Source of the DNA: Eledone cirrhosa
Taxonomy: Eukaryota
DNA length: 64,000 nucleotides
Direction: 5' to 3'
NCBI GenBank assembly: GCA_964016885.1
Contig: OZ024742.1
Span: 285,200,001-285,264,000 of the forward strand
The notes below the pieces were generated by a model. That model worked only from the letters and a program-made list of their open reading frames with translations, searched no databases and was not told where the DNA came from. Positions 29,313 through 43,417 of this stretch are shown piece by piece. The first letter of the stretch is position 1. The number at the start of each line of letters is the position of its first letter. A program made the translations under genes and the position numbers.

Positions 29313-29669
29313 GTATTAGTAGTGGTAGTAGTAGTAGTAGTAGTAATAGTAGTAATAGTAGTGGAAGTGGTAGTGGTAGTAGTCGTGGTAGTAGTAGTAG
29401 TAGTGGTAGTAGTGGTAGTAGTATTAGTAGTAGTGGTAGTGGTAGTAGTAGTAGTTATGGTAGTAGTAGTGGTAGTGGTAGTAGTATTAGTAGTAGTAGT
29501 GGTAGTAGTAGTAGTAGTAGTGGTAGTAGTCGTAGTCGTAGTAATAGTAGTGTAGTAGTAGTGATAGTGGTAGTAGTAGTAGTGGTGGTGGTGGTGGTAG
29601 TAGTAGTAGCAGTAGTAGTAGTAGTGGTAGTAGTAGTAGTAATAGTAGTAGTAATAGTGGTAGTGGTAA

Positions 29670-29714
<45 letters not shown>

Positions 29715-29755
29715 AGTAGTGGTAGTAGCAGTAGTAGTAGTGGTGGTGGTGGTAA

Positions 29756-29805
<50 letters not shown>

Positions 29806-29808
29806 CTG

Positions 29809-29846
<38 letters not shown>
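29015..29846. repeat. (GTA)n/(GTG)n trinucleotide tract
   Basis: Direct reading; a similar (ACT)n tract lies at 47783-48004. Confidence 0.97.
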
Positions 29847-29847
<1 letters not shown>

Positions 29848-29960
29848 CATAGATTGCATCTTGTTATTCCCTCAGTTTATAAGAAAATTCTTGTTTTGAA
29901 GAAAATATTTTAGAATATAATATTTTACTCATTTTTCTTTCTATTCTAAACTTTCATCGA

Positions 29961-32370
29961 GAGAAAGCTGTCCCTAAAAGGCCGGGCGGAAGTGGCGAAT
30001 GCGTACATCGCATCCGTCATCTGCTACCGCCTCACCGTCTTTCTTTGCTCCAGCCCAACTCTCACCAAAATGGAGCGCCTCCTCTTCCGCTTTTTGTGGA
30101 AGGGACGCGCTCCCATGGTCAGACGATCCATCTGCTGTCAACACCCGTTGCGTGGAGGACTGGGCATGCCATGGCTGATGATGTGCAAACATGCGCTGAG
30201 GCTGCGACATCTCTGGTGCTTCCTTGATGGTGAACAGGTGTGGTCGCCGTTCGCCAGGCACGTTTTCCCACAGCTCGTCTCCTTGATGGAGCTGCAGTCC
30301 TGGGTCAGAAAAAGACCGAGGGATAGCGCTTGGAAACTGGAATGTCTCCAGGCGCTCACTGCCCTCTGCCAGCTGGGCACCAGTATCGGTGGAACATCCA
30401 CCTCGGCGTTCTATAGAGGACTTGTGGAGGGGAAGAGCGACGACATTCTCGGAGAGATCCTGGGCGTCGAAGAATATCATCTGTTTGCTCTCTTCCGGAG
30501 AGGGCCTATGGATAACTTCCAAAAATCCCTGGCCTGGCAGTGCTACGAGGAGCGTTGCCGGTCGAGATAAGCTCTACAGGCACGGAAGTGCCGTCAGCCG
30601 AGCGTGTCTGAGATGCGTGCAGAGCGACGAAACCGTCGTGCACGCACTCGTTCAGTGCCCGGGCATTGCTGACTTGTGGAGCTATGTCGAACAGTTGTTG
30701 TCGCGTGTAGGACTGATCCGGTTATCGACTGAGTCCATTGTGCAGATGGTCTCGCCGTCTTCCTTCGAGGAGGAAGGGCAGGCGGTTTTCATCTGCCTGG
30801 TGGCCATGGCGAAGAGATTGTGTGGTGGACAAGGTTAAAGGGTTAAAGACAGACACTTTCCTCTTCGGCGAATCCCTAATGAACTTTTCAAGTTTCACTT
30901 GAAGAGGAAAATCAGGGTGGAGAGGCAAGTGCTGCCTTCTAGCAAGTTTGTTGAAAGGTGGGTGAATGTAGCGAGAATGGTCCGAGTGAACCGAATGGTC
31001 CGAATGGTCTAGTTTGAGAAATAGAAAAATTGAGAGAGGGCGCTTGCCCTGGTGGTCAGGGTGGCCGTGGTCTTTTGTGTGGTTTTCGCCACGAGTAACC
31101 CTCGGAGGTTTCCCCCCTATTGGGGAATTTTTCATTGTTTCAATTTTCATTTTTATTGTTTATATCTATATATGTTTATTGTCCTTTTTTTTTCTTTTCT
31201 TATATAAATAATAAAAATATTTACACGCACAAAACCCACATCGTACCGTCCTGTACCGTCCTGTGCCGTCTGTAATGTTTTTCTTGATGTCAGCCCTTGT
31301 GGCCAATAAAGAAATCATTATGTATTGTAGCTTATTGTTCTGTATTGTCCTTAATGTGTTACTTTGTGTAAACCCTTGTGGCCAATAAGAAACCATTATG
31401 TATTGTAGTTTAATGTTATACTTTATGTCAAACCTTGTGGTTAATAAAGAAAGCATTATGCATTTGTAGCGTTCTATTTGGCGTCTCCCTCCCTCTCTCT
31501 CCCCTCGATTTCTCTCGCACCCTCTCTCTTTCTGTCTTTTTCTCTGCTTTCCTTCTTTCTCTTTATCTTTCTCTTACTATTTCTCTCTCTCTCTTTCTCT
31601 CTCTTGTGGAGCTATGTCGAACATTTGCTGTCCCGTGTAGGACGGATCCGGTTATCGACTGAGTGCATTGTGCAGATAGCCCCGCCGTCCTCCTTTAAGG
31701 AGGAAGAAGGGCAGGCAGTTTTCATCTGCCTGGTGGCCATGGCGAAAGAGATTGTATGGTGGAAAAGGCTGAAAGGATTGAAGACTGACACTTTCCTCTT
31801 CGGCGAATCCCTGATTAACTTATTCAAATTTCACTTGAAGAGGAGAATCAGGGTGGAGAGGGAAGTGCTGTCTTCTAGTAAGTTTGTTGAAAGGTGGGTG
31901 AAAGTGGGTGAACGGGCCTGCTCTGAGTATGCGCCTGTAGACTGGGGAGTGGAAAATTGAGAGAGGGTGCTTGCCCTGGTGGTTAGGGTGGCCGTGGTCT
32001 TTTGTGTGGTTTTCGCCACGAGTGACCCTCAGAAGTTTCCCCCCTATTGGGGAATTTTTTGATATTTCTATTTTCTTGTTATAACCTTTTTTTACATGGC
32101 CAAAACCCACTTTGTATCGTCCTGTACCGTTCTGTGCCGTCTGTAATGTTTTTCTTCATGTAAACCCTTGTGGCCAATAAAGAAACCATTATGTATTGTA
32201 GCTTAATGTTATACTTTATGTCAAACCTTTTGGTTAATAAAGAAAGCATTATGCATTTGTAGCGTTCTATTTGGCGTCTCCCTCCCTCTCTCCCCTCCAT
32301 TCTCACGTACCCTCTCTCTCTGTCTTTTTCTCTGCTTTCCTTCTTTCTCTTTCTCTTTCTCTTACTATTT
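29961..32370 (+). mobile_element. Two tandem 5'-truncated Tx1/L1 copies (29961-~31460 and 31605-~32260), each followed by a CT-rich stretch
   Basis: KLSLKGRAEVANAYIAS..FLWKGR..VRRSICCQ..GGLGMP..CLRCVQSDETVVHALVQC, homologous to ORF 41792..42982; reiterated 3' tails (cttgtggccaataa..gaaaccattatg). Confidence 0.88.
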
Positions 32371-32454
32371 CTCTCTCTCTTTCTCTGTCCCTCTAAATTT
32401 CTCTCTCTCCCTTTCTCTGCCTCTCTAACTTTCTCTTTACCTTTCTCTTACTCT

Positions 32455-32512
<58 letters not shown>

Positions 32513-32747
32513 ACCTTGTCGCTTCCTCTGTCCCTCTAAATTTCTCTCTCTCTCTCTCAATCTTTCTATCCTTCTGATTCTCTCTCTACCTTTCTCTTTC
32601 TCTTTCTTTTACTATTTCACCCTCTTTCCCCCTATCCACCCTCTCTCGCCACTATTAACTGCTGACAGAGATATTTGACAGCCTTTGATAAGGTTCAGTA
32701 ATTTCATTGATGTGTAACCTCCAGTGGTAGTCTGTTTAATGTATTGG

Positions 32748-33610
<863 letters not shown>

Positions 33611-33963
33611 TAGATAGTGGATGAGATAGATAAATGGAGGGGAGAAAGAAAAGAGAGATAGATGAATGAGAGAGAGAAGAGAGAGTGAGAGCGAATAGAG
33701 AGATAGAGGATAGAAGGCAGAGAGCGAATAGAATAGAGGGCTGAGAGGAGAGATAGATAGCTGGAGGGAGAGAGAGGGAGAGAGGGAGAGTGTGTGTATA
33801 TGATGGGGATGGATGAGCGTAGTGCCACTCAATAAAGCAAGTATGTAAGTGTTATGGATTATGTGTATGTATGTATATATGTATGTGTGTGTATGTATCC
33901 GTGCAATGGGTGTGTATATATGTATGCAATATATATATATAATATATAATATATATGTGTGTG

Positions 33964-34164
33964 AATGAAGTAATTCCGTCGGAAAAGTCCAGGAAAAAAG
34001 AGTGCTCTATGTAGGTTACAGAGCTTAATAGTTATGTAACAAACAACATAAGGCAATTATTTCATTTACCAGTGGTTTCTTGAAAGCAAACAAATTTTGC
34101 TTTCAATCATCAGAATGAAAAAATCCTGGTGTATTTATTGACATTGGATTTTAAAAACAAAAAT
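33964..34164 (-). mobile_element. Family C hammerhead cassette, single arm (HHR at 34061-34119 minus)
   Basis: Homologous to 14358-14556, including UUCAUU-CUGAUGA..GAAA-CCACUGG-UA^AAUGAA. Confidence 0.85.
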
Positions 34165-34849
34165 ATAATCTATATGAAAGTGAGGCTGGAAAAGAAGAAG
34201 GAAAGGAAAAATAACACACATGTACACACACACACACACACAATTACATACACACACATATATACATACACACATATATATATACATAGATATACACACA
34301 CATATATATATATATATACGATATATTAACACACATGGCGCAATATATGCACAAGGCCAACAATTTTCGGGGAGGGAAAGTCGATTAAATCGATCCCAGT
34401 GCGTGACTGGTACTTTATTTTATCGACCCCGTAAGGATGAAAGGCAAAGTTGACCTTAGCGGGATTTGAACTCAGAAAGAGCAGAAAGCCGAAACGAATA
34501 CCCCGAAGTATTCTATCAGACGTTCTCACGACTCTGCCAATTCACCACCTTTATCAATAAATATAATTGTTGTTTAACCCTAGAAAATAGCTGGTATAAG
34601 AGCTATTGGAATTAGGTACATTCGTTGAAAGATATATTCACCGTAATCCTGTTTACTGAAAACTTATTCGTTGAAGGTCTGATTGTCGAAAGTCGAATAT
34701 ATATTTGCTGAAATACATATTTGTAGAAAAGCAGACATGTCAACTCTCCCCTTCGGACGGGGAGATGTCCCACTCACTTTGAGGTGGATGAGAGATGTCT
34801 TCTCTTGTGAAAATGGGTATAGCTTTCATTATGTAAAATCTCACCATTT

Positions 34850-37380
34850 TGCCTCATTTCGCCCCGTAGTTTCCTGGAAGATTTGTATACACAAAATCAC
34901 ACAGTCCAGACACATTACCATATTCCAGACAAACTTCATTTGGCAGAAGAATTGTGAATGCACCCACAGTTGGAACAGTTGGAATGTTTCCATTTCCCAC
35001 ATCAAGAAGGTAGTTTGCAAACTGTCTTTCATCAGAATCCTCTGCACTAATTAACCGTTGATTGGTTGTCATCTCCATGGTTTCCACATAGTCCCAGAGA
35101 TAGAATCTCTTGATGGTTGCCTCAACTATTTGTGGTCTAGCACCATGACCGTACAACTGGAAGAATTTGCTTCCAGTCACCAGATAGTAATACTGTTAGA
35201 CCACCAATGGCTTTTTGCAATCTCGAACATCTTTGAAGCTCCTGTCAAGGCATTCAAAGATATGCTTATGTCCCATGCCTATCTCATCAATGATTAGCAG
35301 GTCAGCTTGCTGCATAAGTTTACCTGTGTCATCCCTCTTTGTGAAGAAGCAAGTTGATTCAGCAGTCACATTGAGAGGAATCTTTCACTTGAATGAAGAG
35401 TTCTACCTTTGTCAAGCAAAGTGGCTGCTATTCCAGATATGACAGTGGCAAGTGCAATTTTTTTTTTAGATCGGAGGTAATCGAATAGGATGTTTATGAC
35501 ATAGGTCTTTCCTGTACCTGCACTTGCATTCAAGCAGAAAATTCTGCCTTCATTTTCATTTACAAGAGGTGATTACTTTGTGAAAAATAACCAGTTGCTC
35601 GGGATTCAATGTTGGCAGAAGTTTATTTATGTTTGCTTGCAGTTGGTGTGTATTGAAATCAGTTTCTGCCATAAGAACCCTGTTGATTTCTGGTATGGCA
35701 ACAATAGTTGGGTCTGGCCAAGGAAGTCCATAGTTGGCATGAATGTCCAAGCCATCATGTTGAAGTCTTTGTTGGATCTTCTGTAGAACAATCTGCACAG
35801 TTTGCATGGACATGACTTGCTCATGACGTTCATGCATGATATCCTCTGCAAGACAATTCTTCCATTTCTCCCGGAACTGCAGAGGGTCATTTGGTATGCT
35901 GTACAATAAAATGGTGCAGAAGATCTCTCGCAGCTGAGGACCAAGCGTAATGGATGAGGCCTCTTCCATAGCTTTGTCTTTTCTTCATCTTCATCCAACA
36001 GACCAAGTTTCCTGCATGCTTCTTGGAATGTTGGAAATCAAACTCCTTCAATTGTCCTCAAGTCTTTGTATGAAGTTGACCTAGCCGTGTGATGTAGGAT
36101 CCTCCTGAGGTATTATAATTCAGATTGATGTCTACTGAGAGATACTCTTGGAATGCGTCCAAGAGAATCACTCATAAATTGTTGATCACCATCCAGATGT
36201 CCCTTTTTTCTTCTTTGCCACTTTTTGTTTGTCCAACTGAAATATTTAGGAATGTCAATATACAATATGTTTTGTGCCAGTGGGTCTCTAATATTCAGTT
36301 GAAAATATTCCGTCAACTTAGTCATTGGCTGTCCCCTAGAAACAATACTTTCTTCCTGCCCTCTCTCATACACGACCATTTGTTCCCTAGGTAAATGGCA
36401 AGGCAACTTTTCAACTGGCGGTTTTCGATGATGTAATGGAAATTTATAGATTCTCCAGAATGCTTCACTGGCTGAGATGTACCGTGCATTGATATAGGTC
36501 TCAATCTCATTTTGGGCATGGACACAATTTCCTTGATCATCCTTAATAGTGAAAGTGATCTTGTCTGATCCTTTTGTGATGTACTTATAAACGTACTTAA
36601 CAGCCTTGACACTGTGGACAACCTCACAATTGATGTGGCACTGATATCTCAATGAGAGGAAAGGGTTGTATGGAACAATCCAACGATTATCAACAGTAAA
36701 TTCTTGACCATTAAGTTGGATTGTATGGGTGTGACCACCATGCTGTCTATCCCTTCTTCTATACCCCGGAAAGGAATTTTCGGCAACAAATGTGGTTTGT
36801 CTGAATGCCTTGGGATAACTTTTTGAGCAATAGCGTTGTTGTCCTAGCCCTTCCATACATGAGCACATCATATTAGCTTGTCCACGTGGGCCATGAATGT
36901 TGCAGGATGTGATGATCTTATGCAGAATTGAATTGGTCTCTTTATCAGGAATCTCACAGTACACTACCTGATCAATGGCATCAGCAGTTTTGGGCTTGTT
37001 ATCTTCAGCTATTATCAACAGAATATGAGCATGAGTGAGGCCTCGTTTTCTGCTACTCTATTGTAGCAGAATAAGCCACAACTCTTCCTAGGGCATTTTT
37101 TTCCAGTATGTCATCCATGAGGCTGTCATACTTGATCTTGAAGACTCTTGCACAAATATCAGGACGGTCTCTAGGTTCTTCACCAGGGTGCAAACTATTT
37201 TTTATATAATCCCAGTTAGGGTTAGTTGTTACCGTGATGAAATAAGATGGCTTTCCCATGTATCGAACCACAGTCATCGAATTCTGAAAGCACTCACTGT
37301 AGAAGCGAGGGGAACCATAGATTGAAAGAGGAAGAACAATTTTCCGGCCTGTACTAGTTTCAGACGTTAGACTGTGCCCA
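34850..37380 (-). pseudogene. Helitron RepHel (Rep HUH domain + Pif1 helicase), decayed
   Basis: GSPRFY..GKPSYFITVTTNPNW..RPDICARVF..E*QKRGLTHAHIL..IHGP..DNRWIVPYNP..HINCE..KYVYKYITKG..ARYISASEAFWRI; Walker A AGTGKT; LIIDE; GDWKQILP; multiple stops and frameshifts. Confidence 0.92.
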
Positions 37381-38850
37381 TGCTGGGGTACCCCGATTAA
37401 AGGATTTCCTTGACCTCAATTCCAGTACATATATTTTAAAATCTAGTACTTATTTTATTGATCTCTTCTATTCTCTTTGAAACGTGTGTGTGTGTCTATG
37501 TGTTCATATGTATGATGGTACCCTATCGTTTGCGACGAGGATTCTTCCAGCTAGGTTTCTCAAATGGAATTGCCTGAAATTAAGGTGAGAGTGTCTGAGC
37601 ATTCTATAGACACGTATAACGGAGGGTTTCAGGGTGGCACTACATTGGTTTTTCGACTTACTGGCAGAGTACACATTTTTTCTACTTGTCTTGCTCAAGA
37701 ACACAACGCACTGATGGGATTCGAACTCTCAACATTACAATCACGAGACACACACACGGACATAATCGCACACACATATGCACACATACACAGATACAGT
37801 AACACACATATGCACACACACACATAAGCAAACAGATACACATATACATATATCATATATACACATAAACACTTATGCACACACACAGATACACACATAA
37901 ACACACCACACATACACATATATATATATACGTGTGTGAGTGAGTCTATGTACTTATGCAATGGTAAAAAGAATATACACCTGTGGATTAAATCATTGGT
38001 ACTGTAGTAAATTATCCTTTCCTTATTTCCTCAACTTCACATACATACACACAGCCACATATACAGATAACAACACTATCGTCTATCTTTCTATCTACCT
38101 ACCTATATTTCTACGTATCGATCTATCGACCTATCTATCTACCTCTCTCTTGATTAGCTATCGTCTGTTCGACAGCGTAGACGTAATTCACTTCGCGCAG
38201 AAGTTTTGTTCCAATTTATTGCGGAAATTTTGTAAGTTTAATTTTAATTTTGATACTATTGTGTAGCTTGACCCCCCGTCTGAACTGTCAGGCGGTGGGT
38301 CAGCTCATTTCCGCCCCTTCCAGGGGTGACATTTTTAAATATTTTGTGGCATAAAATTTCAATCGTCTGGCAGAAATGTTAAACGAAGCTAACGAAAATA
38401 GTGGGGGAGGGGGGGGGGGGGGTAAGAGTTGTAAGCTCGCACCCTTTAGTCTTCCCTTCCTTCCCAACTAACGTCCTAGAGAAGGAAAGAAAAAATAAAA
38501 TAAAAACAGACGAATGTGCGGAGAAAAATGACGAAAACACAAATCTGGAGATTGATTCCAACAACAAAAAAAATTTGAAAGAATTGCATGACAATATTAA
38601 TACCACAAACAAAGAAACAAAAAACACAAAAATAACATTTGAAAACAATATCATAACAGAAAGCAAAACAGACGACAAAGTCAACACCAATAATATCTCA
38701 TTTGCACAAACAACAAAAAAAATCTTTAACATATATACCTGAAAATATTTCAGATGTGGCACAAAGAATAAAAAAACGCCAAACAATTCATAACTCAAGA
38801 GGAAAATGGAACCTTATCGGTAAAAATGCCCCAAGAACTCACCAAAGATA

Positions 38851-39819
38851 TTGAAAGTCGGACGGTCGTTTTCCGCACCATCAACAACATCTAAAAAAAA
38901 ACCTCAACAACCAACACAAGCAGAAATTAAAGCAGTACTTAGAGAAGTACTTAATGAAGCCACTTTCATAAGAAGAGACAGGCTGTATGGAAGTATAGCC
39001 ATTATTATGAAGAACGAATCAGCGGCAAAAAAATATGCTTTGTCGCCGATTCGTTCGACAAATTTTACCTTTTATCCATCTTATATGGGTAAAAGAACTC
39101 AGCGCATATGGCTGGATGCGATGATGCCAGATATGGACTACTGCTGGCTCATAGCTGGCTTCATCGATCCAGCGAATGACAACGTGATTTCCATTGGGAA
39201 AACCACAGGCAATGCGTTCAGTGGAACAGGTATAGAACTTGTAGTGCAAATGAAGCCTGAACGCATTGCCCAAATACCCGACAGAATCCTATTAGAGGGC
39301 CACGGGTATATAAACATTAGCGTGGAGGGGAGAAGGCTGTCCTGTCATATCTGTGCAGGCAGAGGGCACCTGAAGGCGGCTTGTCCCCAACTCAACAAGA
39401 AGAAAACCCTGCTACCAACACCAGCTCCACCACCACCACAACAGATAAACAAACAACAAAACTCAGTTCCACCCAACCCGTCCCTCAGTAAAACTACACC
39501 ACCACCACAACACAAACAGACACAACACATTATCCAAAAACAAAACACAGTCCCACCCAACCCCTCACTCAATAAAACAACACAACCACCGCAGCCACAA
39601 CACACAACACAGTCTAACATAGTGACATCCATCTCCCCCACAAAGAAAACCAACACGGAAACATTACCAGCAAACATACCTCTTCCCTCCAACACTGAAG
39701 ATAACCCAACGAATTCGGAGGAAGAAACGGAGTCCTTCAGACAGATTAAAAGGAAAAAAAGAAAACATGTGCAAAACACACAAGGCCAAACAACTCCCAC
39801 CCAAATGTCAAACCCATAA
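38851..39819 (+). CDS. Tx1/L1 ORF1 (gag-like), probably continuing from 38401-38742 across a frameshift
   Basis: CHICAGRGHLKAAC (CX2CX4HX4C) followed by a P/Q/T-rich tail and KRKKRK. Confidence 0.8.
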   Translation: MKVGRSFSAPSTTSKKKPQQPTQAEIKAVLREVLNEATFIRRDRLYGSIAIIMKNESAAKKYALSPIRSTNFTFYPSYMGKRTQRIWLDAMMPDMDYCWLIAGFIDPANDNVISIGKTTGNAFSGTGIELVVQMKPERIAQIPDRILLEGHGYINISVEGRRLSCHICAGRGHLKAACPQLNKKKTLLPTPAPPPPQQINKQQNSVPPNPSLSKTTPPPQHKQTQHIIQKQNTVPPNPSLNKTTQPPQPQHTTQSNIVTSISPTKKTNTETLPANIPLPSNTEDNPTNSEEETESFRQIKRKKRKHVQNTQGQTTPTQMSNP

Positions 39820-39968
39820 ACCGCGTCCTACTAAAAAGCTTTCCCCCTCCCCTTCCCCTCCCCAACACAACTCCAAACACCCCAACCCCACCACACACTG
39901 ACGACCCCACACCACCACAAGACACCCCTTCACCCAACACCCCGACCCCATGGAAGTCGTGCGACCAC

Positions 39969-42900
39969 ATGGATGTGTTAAGAGTAGGATGTTTGAATGC
40001 ACGTGGCCTGGGCTCAACTTGGAAGCAAGCAAAACTTCTAAATGACCTCAGGTCATGTGGTATAAATGTAATGGTTATCTGTGAGACTCGGATCAGCGTC
40101 GTGCGATGACTTTGAGGTGTATGCATCTCTCTGTCAACCTGGAGGTGGGGGTGGGGTTTTCGTACTGCTGGAAAAACACCTGGGTCTCGCCGTACAGGTT
40201 GTTCACTCGGACCCGGAAGGTCGTTTGTTGGTGTTAGACGTTGGCAGTAGTGGAGGTGCGGCCTTGAGACTGGTCGCCGTCTACTCCCCTTTCGGAGCTG
40301 AACGACCCGACTTCTTCCAGCGTCTGGAGACTTTTCTGGGGACGTCGCGTTCCCTGCTTCTAGCGGGGGATTGGAATGACATCCTAGATGCACGTTGGGA
40401 CTATGCAGGAGCATGTCCTAATAGAGGGGGGTGTAACAGCCTCAAGGGGTTACTCGACCGTTTTAACTTGGTCGATAGATATCGACTAGATTTTTCAACT
40501 GTGCCAACCTGGACTTGGACGAACCACAGTGGTCAATCTAGATCGTACTTAGATAGATTCTTAGTTAGAAGTAAGGATAGGGACATATTAAGCTGTCCAG
40601 AAATGCTCACGGTTGGCTATACAGATCACAAATTAGTGACCTGCGTAGTCAATCTCGAGAAAACACATAGACAGGGTCCCGGTTACTGGAAACTTAATTT
40701 GTCTTTACCGGCTTAGCAGATTAGTTAAGGAGAGGTTGACGGGTGCAATCGTCAACAACCGATGGTGGGCATCTCTTAAAAGAGAGATTAGAACAGAATC
40801 AATAAGTTATAGCAAGATGTTAGCGTCTCTCGAGCGAAGAGGCAGAGTCCTGCGAGGGACCAATCTCGGCTGATGAGATCGGGGATGCGCTGAGTCAATG
40901 CAGCAGACGCAAATCTCTAGGTCTCGATGGTATACCTTACGAACTTTATTTAGCAATGCCGGTCTTCTTCTCCGAACTCCTCGAAGCAGTCTACTGCAAT
41001 TAGCAACAGAACGGGAGAATTCCTTGTTCTGTAGCCAAGGGCGTAGTCTCGCTGGTGAGGAAGGACGAGAACAAGGGGGTAGTATAAATAATTTTCGGCC
41101 CATAACCCTGCTAAACACAGAGTTAAAGATTTTGGCCAAGGTGTTAACAAAGAGGTTGGCGCTTGTCGTGGGTGGCCTGGTGGGAGATGCGCAGACATGT
41201 GCTATCCCATCCAGGTCCATTCACGACAACCTCCACCTCATGCGATACATCATAGAGAGGGTTGGCAACAAACCCGGCTTCGGTTGGGCCCTGATCAACT
41301 TGGATCAGTCTAAGGCGTTCGATAGAGTCGACCATGGTTACCTGGATGCGGTGCTAGCGGCGGCTGGGTTCGGTCCTGTTTTCAGAGGCTGGATCACTGC
41401 CTTACATAGCAACCACATCTGTTCTAGGATCAAGGTGAACGGCTACCTTTCGAAGCCGTTCGAAATCACACGATCCATTCGACAGGGCTGCCCTCTCTCC
41501 TCCCTTCTGTACGTATTGACTCTCGAGCATTTACTGAGGAAGTTGGAGTTGTTGCAGGGTATCCCCCTGGAACCAGGATTGAGCAAAGCGGTGTCGGCCT
41601 ACGCCGATGACGTAACAGTAATGGTATCGACCGACTCGGAGATCGAGGCGATCGGTACCTTACTGGAGGAATACGAAAGGTTGTCAGGAGCGAAGCTGAA
41701 CCGGGAAAAATCCATCGGGCTGCAACTCGGAACGTGGAGAGGCAGACCGATGCCTCCCGACGGTGTCGTCGGATACTGAACGGAGGGCCCGGTGAAGTTG
41801 CTTGGGGTCTGGTTTGGACCGGATCTCCAGGTGGAAAAGAACTGGGGCGAGGTTACGTACAAGGTGTTTGCACTAACCCAGAAATGGGCCAAGTGTAAGC
41901 TGTCCCTAAAAGGTCGGGCGGAGGTGGCGAACATTTACATAGCGTCCGTCACTTACTACCGCCTGACTGTCGTGCCTTGCCCTAAGGAAACACTCACCAC
42001 CATGGAACGCATGCTCTTTCAATTTCTTTGGAAGAAGCGCCCTCCTATGGTGAGAAGATCCATCTGCTGCCAACAACCTTCGAAAGGAGGGCTGGGGATG
42101 CCGTGGTTGATGATGCGTAGGCACGCATTAAGGCTACGGCACCTACAGGTATTCCTCACTGGTCAACCGGTGTGGGCTCCGTTCGTGAAACGAGCCTTTC
42201 TGAGACTCGTCTCGCTCACCGAGCTGCAGTCCTGGGTCAAGCAAAGATCCGGAAAACTGGGCGACTGGCACACTGAGTGTGCCCAGGCGCTCAGGGCTCT
42301 CTGGCAAGCGGACCTGGCCATCGGTGGAGAATCCACCTCGTCATTCTATAGAGGGCTGGTGGCTAGCAGGGGCGATGACACCCTTGGAGAGTCACTGGAC
42401 ATGGAGGAGGACGAACTGGCCAGCCTGTTCGGTAGGACTTTCGGCCCGGGACCAATGGACAACTTCCAGAAGTCACTGGCCTGGCAGTGCTACCGGGGGG
42501 CTCTACCCGTTCGAGAAAAGCTCTACAGACACTGGCGCCCGGGCAGGGATCCCTCGAAAAAGATTTGCCCTAGATGCGTGCGTCACGAAGAAACCGTTGC
42601 GCACGCATTGGTGCACTGTCCGGGCGTGGCTGATCTGTGGGGCTACGCTGAACGACTGCTGTCGCGGGTGGTGCCGATTCGATTGACCGCCGAGTCCGTG
42701 ATGACAATCAAACCGCCTCCCCTCTTCACAAAGGAAGCAAAGGCGGTTTTTCTGTGCGTAATAGCCATGTTGAAAGAGGTTGTTTGGTGGACACGATTGA
42801 AAGGTCTGAGGTCAGGCAACTTCCTCTCTGGCCATAGTCTGGTCTACTTCTTCCGATATCACTTCGGAAGAAGGATAAGAATGGAGAGAGAGGTGCTTGG

Positions 42901-42982
42901 CCACAGGCAGTTTTATGAAAGGTGGGTGATAGTGGCGAGAATGGCTCGTATAAATGGGCCTTCTCTGTATACCATCCTGTAG
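39969..42982 (+). pseudogene. Tx1/L1 ORF2 (APE endonuclease, RT, CCHC), disrupted
   Basis: LNARGL..CET, GDWN, SYLDRF, TDHK, GYWKLN, FRPITLLN, LDQSKAFDRV, IRQGCPLS, AYADD, CPRC..ETVAHALVHC; frameshifts, TGA at 41777, shortened EN-RT linker. Confidence 0.92.
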
Positions 42983-43194
42983 GTAAAGAAGTGAAGGAGA
43001 GGGGAGCACCTTCTCCATGTGCTCCCTGGGCAAAGGATTGCACACTTTTTCGGGGGTGTGTGCAACCCCCATCACGTCCGCTCCCTTTTGAGGTTGTTTT
43101 TGATTATCTTCATTTTATGCCCTCTTTACTCGGTTTTATGTAAATTCCCCCTTTGTATTTGTCCCTTCTTTTTATACCTTTATGGTAAATAAAG

Positions 43195-43255
<61 letters not shown>

Positions 43256-43417
43256 GCACACAAATATACCTATTCTAGAGAGTGTGTCCGTTAGATGTAT
43301 AATTGCATTTCAAGAATTAGGAAGAATTTGCAAGTTACTTCATCTGGGGAGGATTAATAATAGCTTCACTAACCTCGGAAGACGATTTGTGGTGTGCGGT
43401 ATGTATGTATATTTACG

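Larger units (their letters stand above)
38151..43197 (+). mobile_element. Near-full-length Tx1/L1-clade non-LTR retrotransposon flanked by (TC)n
   Basis: ORF1 with a zinc knuckle, ORF2 APE-RT-CCHC, 3' AATAAAGAAA followed by a long (TC)n; short ctctctct at the presumed 5' junction. Confidence 0.9.

Noticed and set aside
41777-41779. In-frame TGA as possible selenocysteine or readthrough in Tx1 ORF2
   Set aside because: Most simply a TGG>TGA decay mutation in a copy with several other lesions.
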